Shown here: positions 24,741-37,314 of the stretch, one piece after another
Numbering within the stretch: the stretch's first letter is position 1
How the letters are laid out: each line of letters starts with the position of its first letter
Assembly: GCA_022605425.2 (NCBI GenBank)
Contig: JAKIMF020000001.1
Location: 744,001-808,000 of the forward strand
Origin: Hamiltosporidium tvaerminnensis FI-OER-3-3
Taxonomy: Eukaryota > Fungi > Microsporidia
Length of the DNA stretch: 64,000 nt
Reading direction: 5' to 3'
Made by a program: the position numbers and the translations under genes
Notes under the pieces: model-generated
What the model was told of the DNA's origin: nothing
The model's input: the letters and a program-made list of their open reading frames with translations, nothing else
Databases searched by the model: none

Positions 24741-26999
24741 AATTTATGATTAATTAAGAGAGATATACACGGAATACTTAGAATAAAAAAGTTTGGTTTT
24801 TTTCGATATTTTTTGTGCTTCCTTACATTTATTTACAATTCTAATTTCGGTCATGTCAAATAAATTCTCCTTTTATTTAAGTAAATGTTCAATTCTTACT
24901 GGTCTTTCTGTTATAGGCTGCTCCGGTTAAAATACTTTCATTTTGTATTTATCACTGAATATTACAATTTATCAGGCTACAGACTTTACTTTGCAACCCA
25001 AAGTCCGATTCCCTTTTTATCGACGTAATATGATCAAAATTTAACTATATTTTTTCAACTTTTTTTTTGCTGTTTTTTATATTTTTGCACCTATTGATGT
25101 TTGAAAATGCAATTGTAAAGATCTAAATACCAACATTGAAAGCACAAAACAGTTTTTAGACTATTATATTCTTACAATTATTTCGCTTGTTTTTCTATTC
25201 TTCATTTTTGATGTATAAAATTTTAAATGTTATACACTTTTAAAGACGGTAAGTGGTTCAAATAAAAGATCAAAAGTATCATTTAATATAGAAATAGAAC
25301 ATTATCCAGCTAATTGCAAAAAACCAAATAAAATTTCCTCTAACCAAAGGTATTGATAAGAAAACATTTATCATAGTGATAAATTTTCATTAAAGATGTG
25401 AACGCCACACTTTGATTTTTTTTTTTAAAATTATATGGAAGCATTTGAGCAAGTGCTTGAAACAACCTACATGATTGGCATATCTAATTAAATATAATTC
25501 TCGATTTGATCAAAAAACTACATGGGCTCCTAAAAATTTAATCCATGAGATATTATAGTTCTGAATGTATGTGGCAGAAAAAACTCTTTACCAGCTTAAC
25601 AGATATATACGAACAATATAACTAAAGTATAGCTATTTTTTATTTTCTCATTTTTTTTGAAATATTTAACATAAGCGAATTCAAATGATAAATATTATTT
25701 GTTTTTGAGCACAATTGTCAAACTTCCAAGGCATCTTTGGCAGTTAATATTATATTGTGACCTAAAAATCAGTATGAATCTAAAATATATTTGTTGAGAA
25801 CACCTTTAAGCCTATATTCCGGGATAACTGATAACGTCCAAACCAGTACAAATGCTTAATTACCCTATTATTAACCGTCCTTAAAGATCAGGGTTAGATA
25901 CGAAGCACTACTCAGGCCAAAATATAAGGCAAGTGGAATATAAAATGGAAAATATATGGTTTTCTAATAAAGTGCGAACGTTAGAATATAAAAAAAACAA
26001 TATAAGATATTTTTTGATGAGAAAAATAATACTAAGCAATATACCGAATAAACAAGCATCTAAAGGTTTTACCAAAGGACCCTACTAGAATGACTTTATT
26101 TTCAAAGGCATGATAATAAACTGTGCGGGTTCAATGATTATAATTGAAAACTTTTACCATATTTTTTAAAGATGAAAAACTTAATAAAGAACAAGATAGA
26201 ATTAGATTTTGCTCTCCAGAAAACTATAAATCACAAAAAATTAATAAATTTACACAAATAAATATCATATAAATATTTATGGGAAGTTACTAATGTATAA
26301 AAAGTTCTTTTATAAATAATTGAAAATCAAATGACTTTTAAAGAACATTATTATAGAACTTACGTATTGTTTAAGTAATTATCATGAAAAAGCCTAAACA
26401 ATTTTCCCAATATTTTTTTGCTTTGATTCGGATTTAAAATGAATACTGTTTTTGCGAACACAATAGAACATAAAAAAATTATGTCATATAAAAAACATTA
26501 TTTAAAACTTATTTAGGCATTTTAATTAACTTTTAGTTGCTTTTGGCGTTGATTGTTTATAGTTCTTGAATTTTGAAATGTTTGCACCAAAATTCTTTAT
26601 TTTTTTGCCCAAAATTTAAGAAATTATTTTAGCTGTGAACTATAACTTAAGGCTATTTAATATTCGAATTTTGTAAAATTGAAATAAAAGGTTTTTTTTA
26701 ATTGTCAATGGACTTTAGACATTATATAGAGAGAAGAGATCATTAAAAAGTATATAATATCTGGATCCGATAAATACAGATCTTGTAATTACACCATGGG
26801 AACGCAATATATTAATATTTTAAAAAATTCAATACTTTACATGAAAAGCGTTAGAATTTCAATGCTATATATTTTTTGCTAGAATTTTACAACCTACAGT
26901 CTTGTAAAACGAATCAAAACCTTTGAAAAACATTGGTAATAAGATAGTGTTATCAGTATGCACGGGTGTATAGAAACCTTTTTTTGATATATTTATCCA

Positions 27000-29900
27000 T
27001 ATGAATACGTATTTCTATTATCTTATGAAGAATAACACAAGTGTAAACATTGATTTTATATATTTTAATTCTTTGTTTAAAAAAACCACAGTGTAAAATT
27101 TTACCATATATTCCTTTTTTTTTCAGGGAATATAGCAAAGTTTTATCTAATCTAAAAGCAAATATTTTATATTTTCTACACAAATAAATCGTATTTTGGA
27201 TAGCTTGAATTTACGAAACAGTGATTGTATTAAATTTGATCCATCAAACATTCAAAAATGCATTATAAATTTTATACTTTATGTTTACACATAAATTTTA
27301 GCTAAAAGCCAAAACCTTAAATTTATTTTCAAGAATCTTAAATTTTCTTAAAATAATCCAAGTGACAGAATTTTTATGATAAATGAAACTAAAATTGAAC
27401 TAAGATTTATAATTAAAATAAAACTATCAGAACATATATAGACAAGAAATGTCTATTAATTATTACCATGATTAATCTAGATAGTATATCCAAATAAACC
27501 AATAGATATTTCGGTAATTTGGAAGGGATTATATAAAACGGCTCATTATATTCGGAAATATATCACGCTTTTTTTGGAATCGATCATCCATGTATTTACA
27601 ATATTTTTTATTTCTTTTAACATACATATATCGAATTACAAATGAACGACATTTAATGCATTTATTAATAGTCGTTAAGTCGACGAAAACATAATTTTTT
27701 GAATGAACGAAAAAAATAAGCGCAAAGGTAAATTAAAATTTAAATTAAATTGATATATCTCATAAAATTTTGATCAAATATTTTTTTTATCGCATCTTTA
27801 GCAAGAAGTTTTGAACGCATGGCAGATTTCTAAAACTATGCGATGTATCAAAAATATGGAGATAAGAGATACATATTTTGATTTTTGAAGATTTACTAAT
27901 TTGCATAAGTTTTGATTTAAAGTAACATGGCATACCAGACTATATTAAACAATTTATTTACATCGATTATTTATTGCTTTTGAGCGAAATTTCAATGAAT
28001 TTGTTTATAATTTAGTATTTCGAGAAAAAAATTTAAAAAGTTAAAATATTATCGGGAATAGAAAATTAAAAATCAATTCTACCTTAAATTTATATAGTAG
28101 CCAAAAAAAATATTGAATTTTTCGTATGGTTTTGTGCCCAAAGACCTAAGCACGCTTTTAAGATGGGTATCATCAATATGCAGAAAACATTTGACTTCTT
28201 GTTCTAGAAAAAAATAGAGTTACTGTGTCTAAAATATTTAAATATTTTTTGAACCATATCGTTGAAAATTTTGGCCTTCTTAGTTTTACTTTTGATAGCG
28301 AATTCCAAGTTGATTAAAAACTCTTAATTAAGTTAACTCTATGGACATGAATTCAAATTAAAATCTGATTTTTGAAGAAATATTTGCACTTGAGGACGTC
28401 TTCCTTCGATAATTTCAATTTTATAAAAAATTCTTTATTTTTATACCATCTAGCTCATTTTGTTTCAAACCTCTTTTATATATTTGGAATTCTGTTTAGA
28501 GCATAAAAATAGCTTTTTACACACCATATTGCGTCTTCCTGGGTTTCATTGAGGAGGGACTATAGGAAAATGTTATATTCCAATCATTATGTTTTTATAA
28601 AAAAAATGATTAGTTGATTGCATATTTCGTATAAAGTATATGTAATTTTAATAGATTAATAATGCATTCATAAATAGATTTATTTCCCCGAAAACACATT
28701 CGTTTTCTTACGAAGTCAAGATCTTAGGTTCAGCTGGAATCATCAAAAATAATTATTTCAAAATCTTTAGAATGATATGACAAGGTATTTTCTGGTTAAA
28801 TCTTCTTTTTAATCAATAATTACAAGTCTTATCTACTAGATTATATAAGTTTTTACTGAATCCTTGTTTTGAGCTCGTATGGTGTGAAAAATTTTGATAA
28901 AAATTATTTGATTATGTGCAAATTACAGATATATTAAGACATATTTTATACTAGAACTATTACCATGACTATTAAACATTTTTCAAATTATTTTAGAAGT
29001 TTGAGAACTATCAAATTTGAAATTTCACAATGAGGCATCAGGAAACTCAAAAAACGTTTGGGATGGTAAAAAACTTCTCATACATTTGTTAAGGATAAAA
29101 AGAATAAAACTGAAGTCCTCGCATTTTTTAGAGTTATTTTTTGGCATATTGGCGTTTAATGTATTATAAGGGATATTTTTCTTTGCAAATATTAGATTCT
29201 ATTTCGAGTCAATATTTTTCGTGCTATCTTCTTGACAGTCATAGGTAAAAGTTATTTTAAGTTTAATGTTCATATATTTCTAGGTTTTTAAAAAATATTT
29301 TCAGTGTTTTTTGACTTTCTACAAAATGCATTTGGTTTATTAGAAGTGCTTTATATTACTTTAAGATATTTTCGAAAGTATTCTTTTATTTCATTAAAAC
29401 TATAAGTCTTTTAATTTTTAATATCAGATTCAAAAATATAAACCATACCTACGACTTTTGATTCTAATTTCCTACTGCATATGACGTGTATATTTAAAAT
29501 GGCACTTATGTTTTTAATAACGGGTTTAAAATATCTTTTATTTGCTGTTTTTTCTCTCCAAATAAACATATTACAGGAATGAATTAAAGCTTTCCCACAA
29601 ATTTTTTGTTTGGAGTTTCTGAACATTTTAATTTTTTCGAATTTAGATGTCAGTTTAACGTAAATTTTGTTGCTTTAAAGTTGAAGATTTATCGACTGCA
29701 AATCAAATTCGGCATTATAAATAAAATCCATAAATCAAGACGAGTTTATTCTCAGTACATAGTTTATACATAATTTAATTGTTTTTAGGAAAAATCTATT
29801 GTTTGATCAATGATGTTCGTTCAGATTTATTCATGTAAATACTTCATGAAATTCAAACCTATGAAGCTATATTATAAAGAAAATTCGAATTTGCCTTTGC

Positions 29901-31797
29901 ATTTATTTGATATAATATATCAGGTTGGATGATTATATCATTACTTAAACCCGATACCTTTCTTAATAGATGATTTATTTGTGCTTTCTAAGATGTTTTG
30001 TATTTTTCGAGTTACAGACCTCAGATAGATGAAAATGTGCAATCTTTCTTTGATGAAAAAATTTCTTTCGAGTATATTACTAAGCAAGATTTACAAGTAA
30101 TACGATCAAGGTTTTTTTCTATAAATAAATTTATTATTTTTGACGAAAGTTTTATCATTTGAGGAAAACTTAAAATCATAAGATGTGAAACTAAGTTGTG
30201 TCTTGTTCATGTGATTTTCCAAATTAAGATCATGAGTATTATTAAAAATTTGTTCAAGTAAAAAACTGGTTTTTAATGATAAACTATAAAACCTTAATTT
30301 GGACATTTATTTTGTATGGATCATTAAAATATTCTTTAAGCTGTCTTATTAAATTGATTAGACCAATTCAAATAACATTTTACTTTTCGGAAGTATAGCG
30401 AATTTTGTTGATTCATTATATTGCAGAAATAACCAAAGCAAAAAATATTACTTTTAAATAAGCAAAAGTTTCATATTTATATGATAGTTATGCTCAAAAC
30501 AGAGTAATGGAGCAAAATCGTATGAGCTTTTTTCTCTTTATTTTTTTTAATTTTCATTTCACCTAAGCAAAAACATATTTATCTGCGAGTAGTATGGTAA
30601 TAGTAGAATTTAAGCTGTAATATATTTTTAAAGTACTCTTTGCACAGGTAAAAAGAAAAAAATAAAGCATAAAAAAGTTATAGTCTATTTTAGAAATATA
30701 GAATATATTTTTTTTAGTTTTTTTCCCAGAAAGTCTTAGCAACCATTTAATTATTATGTTTGTGGCAATTTGTTGTTATATCCTTTAAAACATATCAATA
30801 TATTTGAATCGAGTAGACCGCTTTTTAATATTACAACATAACGATACTCTTGGTTTGGTAAAATTTAATTTTCTACAAAATTATAGTCTTAAACCTTCGG
30901 TTGACAAAAAATTTACTAATTAGTTTAATGTTTCTAGATTTCTTCATTTATCGAAAATCAAGGCATCCTATTTTTTGAGTTGCAAGTCTTTGCTTTGAAT
31001 AAATATATTTTTCAATATGCAGATTATTACTTTAATCATCTATGTTTTCAACAACTGCTTCATGAGCGTTGAAAGTTTTCGAGCAAACCTAATATTCCTT
31101 TGCATATGTGATTTACTGGCTTTTTTTCTATTATATCGTAAGATTCGGGTAAATCTTTGTTTTGGATTGGTACATTTGAGTTGAGTCGAATTTAATTGAT
31201 TGTTTTCACATTTTCAAAACTTCCAAGATAACCAGCTTCTAATCTTTGGATTTTTTAATCGAGCTTGTGTTTTTTCTACAAGAATATCGATTAAAAATAT
31301 AATTGACCATTCCATTTTTAGACTTAGGTTTAAATCGTTGTTATTCTAATAATTTAAATACTAACATCGTTTATTAAAAAAATAAGTAATCAAAAGCTAT
31401 GCTGCTTAATTATATTTCTTTGATTAATTCGTTTGAATTGGAATTGGAATTTCATTAAGGTTAAAGGGCATATGCAAGTCGTTTCTAATAGGGTCTTCGA
31501 TTTTTTGTAGAGTCATGCTAGATCATTATAAAGCTTGGAGCAATCTTTGTAGAATTTTATCTATCTAAGTAAAAAAATGGCTTTTGTGCTCTAATTTGTA
31601 GTTCTGGTCTGGGATTTTTTTTCGTGCGGAGAAATTAAATGTTTTCTGAAAAAAAACTTGCAAATAATGTAATTTCAAACAAAATATTTTTTCGTTAATT
31701 TAGCAGCAACCCATTTGCGTGATTCAAAAATTTATTTACACCTTTCATATTTTCATCAAAGTAATGGTTGTGGCTTTTTTCTCCTTCCTTTTGTCAT
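27000..31797 (-). mobile_element. Highly decayed non-LTR retrotransposon of a third family (possible N-terminal zinc fingers)
   Basis: Minus-strand remnants in correct RT order: PKNNSKKCEDF..SLTNV (~29085-29145), CFRGNKSIYECIINL (~28655-28700), PQ motif (~28395), FLHIDD (~28170-28185). A possible start MTKGRRKK at 31797 is followed by degenerate Cys/His spacing. Boundaries uncertain. Confidence 0.5.
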
Positions 31798-33214
31798 GAA
31801 TGCAGTTTAATCAAAGATAGTATAATTCATGATGAAATCTCAAGAGAAATTAAGCTCACCCATGTGTTTTTTGTATATTATTTCCTATTATAAAATAGAA
31901 TTTGAAATCATAATATCGCATATCTCTTAAGGATTTACAGAAACAGCAACTTTTATCGTTCATTATTTTATGATATTTATTATTTTTGTATTCAGAAATT
32001 TGATTGATTCTTATTTTAATTAGAATTAACGCTTTTTTACGTTATTTTTTATTTACAGAAAAATATCGCACATAAATAGAGGCAAATTTTGCCTTCTATA
32101 AATATAACATCGTAATATTCAGAAAAAGACGAAGACTCGCCTCAAAATGTTGAATTAGTTAAAAAAATTCAAAACATCGATAGGTGTCCTTCGATTAGTA
32201 CATTAATCTCCTGATTTGTTCTTTAATCTTATTTAAACAATAATAGTAAGCAGAAGTAAAATATGAAAAACTTAGAAAGATTCTATTGGTTTACAAATAT
32301 ATTTGAAATAAGAAGTGTAAAATTCCTTTCTGAATTATTATATGTGACATAAATAACATTATATTCATTTTCTAATTTTCCCAAAGTTTTTCATAGCAAA
32401 AAAAAATTTAAATCAATTTGTTCAAATTTATTTTCTTGAAATTTGCAATTACATAAACAATTATATGATAAGATTGATGCTTTTTTTTCAAATTTTTCTG
32501 CTAAATTTATTCATATTCTCAAAAAAATTGCATTAAACAGTTACCACTTGAATAGCTTCAGGGAATTTCGTAACTGATTTAATTAAAGATTTTTAATAGA
32601 ATTACTAGAAAGTTATAGAATAAATGAATCAATCAATACATCACTGTTTAAAAAACCGTTTTTTCAGCCAAAAAAAACACTTCATAGGAATAAATTCCAA
32701 CGAAAAAGCAAACAAAATTCATACAAAACTTTTGGTTAATATAAATACGCAAAAAACAAATAATAAACTAAGGTTTGCAAAAAATTGAAAAGCGGAAAAC
32801 CAAAAGAAGAAATAAGTGTGTAACAAATTATCGAGAAATTTTTATAAGAAATTCTCACTGGCGGCTAAAAATGCAAATATATAAGACTTTAATAATATAC
32901 TAGCAATATGACCAGGTATGGATATAGCAAGTTAAATGAAAATATAGAAATTAACTATGATAATATGTTTAAGAATATAATCTAATGTATTTTTACTTTT
33001 TTGTTGAATGAAAAATTAAATTCGTTTTCAAGAGATTAACAGCAGACTTTATTATAAATTACAAACCAAATATAGAAAATTATGAATTAAAAAAATATAA
33101 GAAGTAGATTTTCTATAATTGTAAAGGAAAAATTAAGAAATATTTAAAATCAGAATATATTTAAAAAAAATGATAAATGAGAGAAATTACAAAATATTTA
33201 AAATTAGAAAGTAT

Positions 33215-36200
33215 TTTTATTTAATAAAATTCTGGGTTAAAATATTTTTTACCATTTTTTACATGTTTTCTTCTACCTCTTTAACCACTTTTGTCTCTTC
33301 TTCCAAATCCGACTCTTCATTTATGTTATTGGTCGGTTCCTCTAAAGTGGTTCCTCCTTGTAAAATAAAGGGGGCTTTATATTTTGGTTTAAAATTTTTG
33401 GCACCATCTTCCTCTGTTTTCGCTTCTTTTAAAGGGGGTATTGGTTCCTCATGCATCTCTGATCTCATAATAACACCCATTGACGCTCTCTCCCAGCTCT
33501 CTTCGGCATTTAGTCCTGACTCAAGTCCTCTTCGTCGATCAAAGGAAATAGTTTCGACTGTCTTTTTAAGTACTATAGACTGAATGTATGCTTCTACATT
33601 CATGGGTATTTCTAGTCTTTTAAGATGAGATTTATGGTATTTTGTCACAATACCGTCCCAGGTCATCACATAAGGGATTATCTCAACACTACACTTATAA
33701 ATAAGGCCCAACTCATTGGCTAGCAGGTCATACTTCCTAAGTTTTTCAGTTTCAACTATTTGAAGTGAATCTTGGGAAGTGATTCCTACTTCAATGAGTG
33801 TTATCTTATTCTTCTTCTTATCTAAAATAAATATGTCTGGTCTGTTATTCCGAATTTTAACATCAGTTTTAATTCTGGTGTCCACTCTTATCTCTGCATA
33901 CTCATTATCAAGAATTTCTTGAACTGAGTGGCTCCTTATTCGTTTTGAAGACTTAAACTTATATCTATTTAGAAGGAGAAGGTGTAGGCATCTAACCACT
34001 TCATTATGCCGTCTAGTGTAATCATGGCCTAGCATTTTTTCACATCTAGTTGCTAGATGATCCACAGTCTTACCAGACTTCCCGCAATGTTGACACACAC
34101 CATCTGCTCCCCAGAATACATTTCTATCCTGGATATAGCAGAACACAGCTTCATTTCGTGGCCTAATATTTCCTCTCTTTAGCCATCTTGAAGAGTCACT
34201 AACACTCACAAGCTCATTTTTCCTTGCATTATATAACTTTGAATGGAGTTTTCGTTTTTCTATTTCGTTATATAGTTTTGCAAGTTGAGCTTCTTCTAAA
34301 CTTTTCTTAGTGACTTCTTCTGCCAACCTGTACTTTACTTTTAAGAAGCCTTTTATTAGTGCAAGATGGGTTTTATTATTATTCTCCACCTTGAGGATTG
34401 CTGCTCGTCTAGTTGATATTTCTTTACTTTTTTCCAGACAATCCAAGAGTTGCAGAAGCATATGTTCGCTTCGCAACTCAACACTATGTAGGCCTCTTCC
34501 AAGTTCTGTTCTAGGAAGATACAACCGCTCTTTACATCCTGGGCGGAGATGTATCTTATTTTTAACCAACACCGCACGCACTACATCATCTAACTTAGAG
34601 AAGTCAGCCGGTTCAAGTCGAAGTACTCCTATGTGGTAGTTGATTAACGATATCGCATGTTGATTGATTGCAGAAAATAAATTTTTTGCATTTAATCTAG
34701 TGTGACAAAGTCTTTCAACTCTTGATATAAGTTTGCTCTGTACTTCTTCAAATGAGCTACGTGTTGGGATTCCTCTGCTATCTTCTATTATTCCTAAATA
34801 TTTGTAAACACTAACACCTTCTAGAAGAGTAGCAGTATCTTCACAACACGTATCATTTGTGGCTGACTTCTCTTTGTTAATCTCTAAGCCAATCACCTCT
34901 AAAAATTCCTTTGCCTCGCCTGTCATAGCACTCAATGTGGAGCTGTCTTTTGCAAGGAGCTTAAGATCATCAATAAACAAGAGATGATTAGTAGAATGGG
35001 ATTCTGCATCTGTTTGTACTGTCACTTTTGTGTATTTTTCATTAAGCTTTCGGCTTAATGGATCCATACACAACACAAATAACAAAGGTGACAGACTATC
35101 TCCTTGCAGGATCCCTCTATCAATCTTCTTGCTCATGATTTTTTCAGGCCCTACTGATATATCAATTTTCCATTTTGATATAATTACCTTAATAAATTTC
35201 AGGATCCAATCAGGTAAATTAAGGTTTTCAATGCATTGAGTTAAATAAGCATGATCTATTGAATCATAAGCTTTTTTAACATCAATCCATGTTGCCTTAA
35301 GATTGTTTCCGTACTCTTTATTTAAGGCAATATTCAGTAGAGCCTGCTCTTTCGCTCCCTGCACACCTCTTACCGCCCCTAGTTGGTTCTCTGCAAGCAA
35401 CCCTCGCCTTTCCACTTCAAGTTGAACGACTTTCGTTACACACTTTGTCGTTAACTTATAGAGGTTGGACATACAAGTGATTGGCCTGTAGTCAGAGCCT
35501 CTTCGTGGAATTCCTTTCGGTATCAAATACGTAAGCCCGCAGTAAAACCAATCAGCTTGAGGTGTTCCTTCTAAACATATAACTTTCACAATATCATAAA
35601 GATATTTGTGAAGAGTTGTAAGTTTCTTAATGAAAAAATTGTAGATACCATCAATTCCAGCAGCTTTCCAATTAGGGAGCCAATTAATGATATTCACAAA
35701 TTCATCAAGTGAAGGAAACGTGGTCGGATGATTATCTGATACAAATGGAATCAAATAATCATCGTACGTGACTGTGTCATCATTTTTGTTCCACATTGTA
35801 GACCAAAAACTCACAATTTCATCACGGCTAACCACATGCTCGGATTCCACACGCTCAGATAACCCACGATAAAATCGACCTCGGAAAAGCTCAAACATAC
35901 GATTCTCTTTTCGGAATTGCTTCCTACTTTCATGCATCGTAATTTTTTTCTCGTAAACATTCAAAGACTCATTCTTCTTAACTAAAGCCTCAGAAAGATC
36001 AGTTACGCTGCTCAAGTTTAAATTAAACTCTCGCATGATTTTCTTAAGGCTCTTCGTTTCCGAAGTGGAGAGCTTTTCCTGCTTACGAGCCTTCTCGAGA
36101 AGATCTTTGGAAAGTACTAACTTAGAAATTTTACTTTCTATGTTTTCCTTCCAAGCGGATCTAGGCTTTTCTTTGCGTGTTGCCTCGTCATAGCATACCT

Positions 36201-37026
36201 GCGCAGCTTGCATGATATACGCGGCTTCCGTAATTGACTCAGGTACATGAGCTCCTGCATATTCACCGACTACTCGATTAATGAGATCCAGAACTTTACT
36301 ATCAACCAATTCATTTGGATGTTTTCTAGTTCGGACCACTACTTTTCCAATTTCGTTCTCAGAGATTTCTTTGATTTTACTCAAGAATTTATCTCTCAGG
36401 TTTATGTACTCCGTGGTGTCGGTCAAGGTGCATGTATCAGCGAGACAAGTGGCGATTCTACGTCGCTCTCCATTCTCTTCTGATTTTACATCCTTTCCCA
36501 TCTCACTTTGTGCCAATTTTTTTAACACTTCGAGAGTTTCAGTGCAGCCGAATTTCTCATTATAGTACCTGTGAAGCTCTGTCCAGCCATTTCTTGGCAT
36601 TCTTTCAAACCTTGTCTGTACTGCAAAAAAAACAATTCGAGGCCATTCCTTCGGGTCGGCTGTTACGGAATCGAATATCGTCCGCAATGCCATTAGCCTG
36701 TTACCTTCCGGAGTAGCTAGAGTACAGGGGCTTGTCATGTCGTACGATGGCTCGCACGCAGAGACTTCAACCGAAGAGGGAACTGGTGTATTAGGCGAAG
36801 GTAAGGTGTCAAGCCCACTATTTTGCATTTTACTGCATGTTTGGCTTGGTGGTGGAGGTGTTATTGTTGTGTAGGAGGAGGAAGGTAGGGGAATCGCCGG
36901 TGGGTGTAGCTTACATTTTTGTATCTCACTATCACTCTTTTTCACCTCATCAGCGTCGTTTGCAGCCTTTATTTTGGTATTATTCGATATTTCGCTGCTA
37001 ACATTTTTCTTTCTACCCATTATAAG
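33215..37026 (-). mobile_element. Intact full-length R4/Dong-like non-LTR retrotransposon
   Basis: Perfect 19-bp TSD atttaaaattagaaagtat (33196-33214 and 37027-37045); single uninterrupted ORF; 3' end ttattaaataaa. Confidence 0.96.
33259..37020 (-). CDS. Retrotransposon polyprotein (1253 aa): N-terminal domain, reverse transcriptase, CCHC knuckle, restriction-like endonuclease
   Basis: KAAGIDG, YRPITC, DVKKAYDS, GILQGDSLSP, FIDD, YKYLG, CQHC..H..C, RHNEV, RPDI, IEVG and EKLRKY. True start is MGRKK at 37020; the track's extra 30 codons lie mostly in the TSD and flank. Confidence 0.95.
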   Translation of the reverse strand: MGRKKNVSSEISNNTKIKAANDADEVKKSDSEIQKCKLHPPAIPLPSSSYTTITPPPPSQTCSKMQNSGLDTLPSPNTPVPSSVEVSACEPSYDMTSPCTLATPEGNRLMALRTIFDSVTADPKEWPRIVFFAVQTRFERMPRNGWTELHRYYNEKFGCTETLEVLKKLAQSEMGKDVKSEENGERRRIATCLADTCTLTDTTEYINLRDKFLSKIKEISENEIGKVVVRTRKHPNELVDSKVLDLINRVVGEYAGAHVPESITEAAYIMQAAQVCYDEATRKEKPRSAWKENIESKISKLVLSKDLLEKARKQEKLSTSETKSLKKIMREFNLNLSSVTDLSEALVKKNESLNVYEKKITMHESRKQFRKENRMFELFRGRFYRGLSERVESEHVVSRDEIVSFWSTMWNKNDDTVTYDDYLIPFVSDNHPTTFPSLDEFVNIINWLPNWKAAGIDGIYNFFIKKLTTLHKYLYDIVKVICLEGTPQADWFYCGLTYLIPKGIPRRGSDYRPITCMSNLYKLTTKCVTKVVQLEVERRGLLAENQLGAVRGVQGAKEQALLNIALNKEYGNNLKATWIDVKKAYDSIDHAYLTQCIENLNLPDWILKFIKVIISKWKIDISVGPEKIMSKKIDRGILQGDSLSPLLFVLCMDPLSRKLNEKYTKVTVQTDAESHSTNHLLFIDDLKLLAKDSSTLSAMTGEAKEFLEVIGLEINKEKSATNDTCCEDTATLLEGVSVYKYLGIIEDSRGIPTRSSFEEVQSKLISRVERLCHTRLNAKNLFSAINQHAISLINYHIGVLRLEPADFSKLDDVVRAVLVKNKIHLRPGCKERLYLPRTELGRGLHSVELRSEHMLLQLLDCLEKSKEISTRRAAILKVENNNKTHLALIKGFLKVKYRLAEEVTKKSLEEAQLAKLYNEIEKRKLHSKLYNARKNELVSVSDSSRWLKRGNIRPRNEAVFCYIQDRNVFWGADGVCQHCGKSGKTVDHLATRCEKMLGHDYTRRHNEVVRCLHLLLLNRYKFKSSKRIRSHSVQEILDNEYAEIRVDTRIKTDVKIRNNRPDIFILDKKKNKITLIEVGITSQDSLQIVETEKLRKYDLLANELGLIYKCSVEIIPYVMTWDGIVTKYHKSHLKRLEIPMNVEAYIQSIVLKKTVETISFDRRRGLESGLNAEESWERASMGVIMRSEMHEEPIPPLKEAKTEEDGAKNFKPKYKAPFILQGGTTLEEPTNNINEESDLEEETKVVKEVEENM

Positions 37027-37045
37027 ATTTAAAATTAGAAAGTAT

Positions 37046-37225
37046 ATAAATAAATATAAAAGAGAAATTACAAAATATTTAAAAAAAATAATAAATGAGA
37101 GAAGTACCAAAATATTTAAAAAAAATAATAAATGAGAGAAGTACCAAAATATTTATAAAAATGATAAATAAAGAAAAAATTACAAAATATTTAAAAAAAA
37201 TGATAAATAAGAGAAGTAACAACAC
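37046..37225. repeat. ~38-bp minisatellite, also present at 33155-33200; split by the LINE insertion
   Basis: Units such as aaaatatttaaaaaaaatgataaatgagagaaattac occur on both sides of the LINE. Confidence 0.8.
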
Positions 37226-37314
37226 ATTTTAAAAACGGAAAGAAGGAAATACATTTACAAAGATAATATATAAGAATGTTAAATTACAAAAAAAAATAAT
37301 ATATGAAAGATAAA

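Noticed and set aside
37021-37110. Hydrophobic 30-aa N-terminal extension on the LINE ORF
   Set aside because: Non-ATG start, lying mostly in the TSD and flanking minisatellite outside the element.
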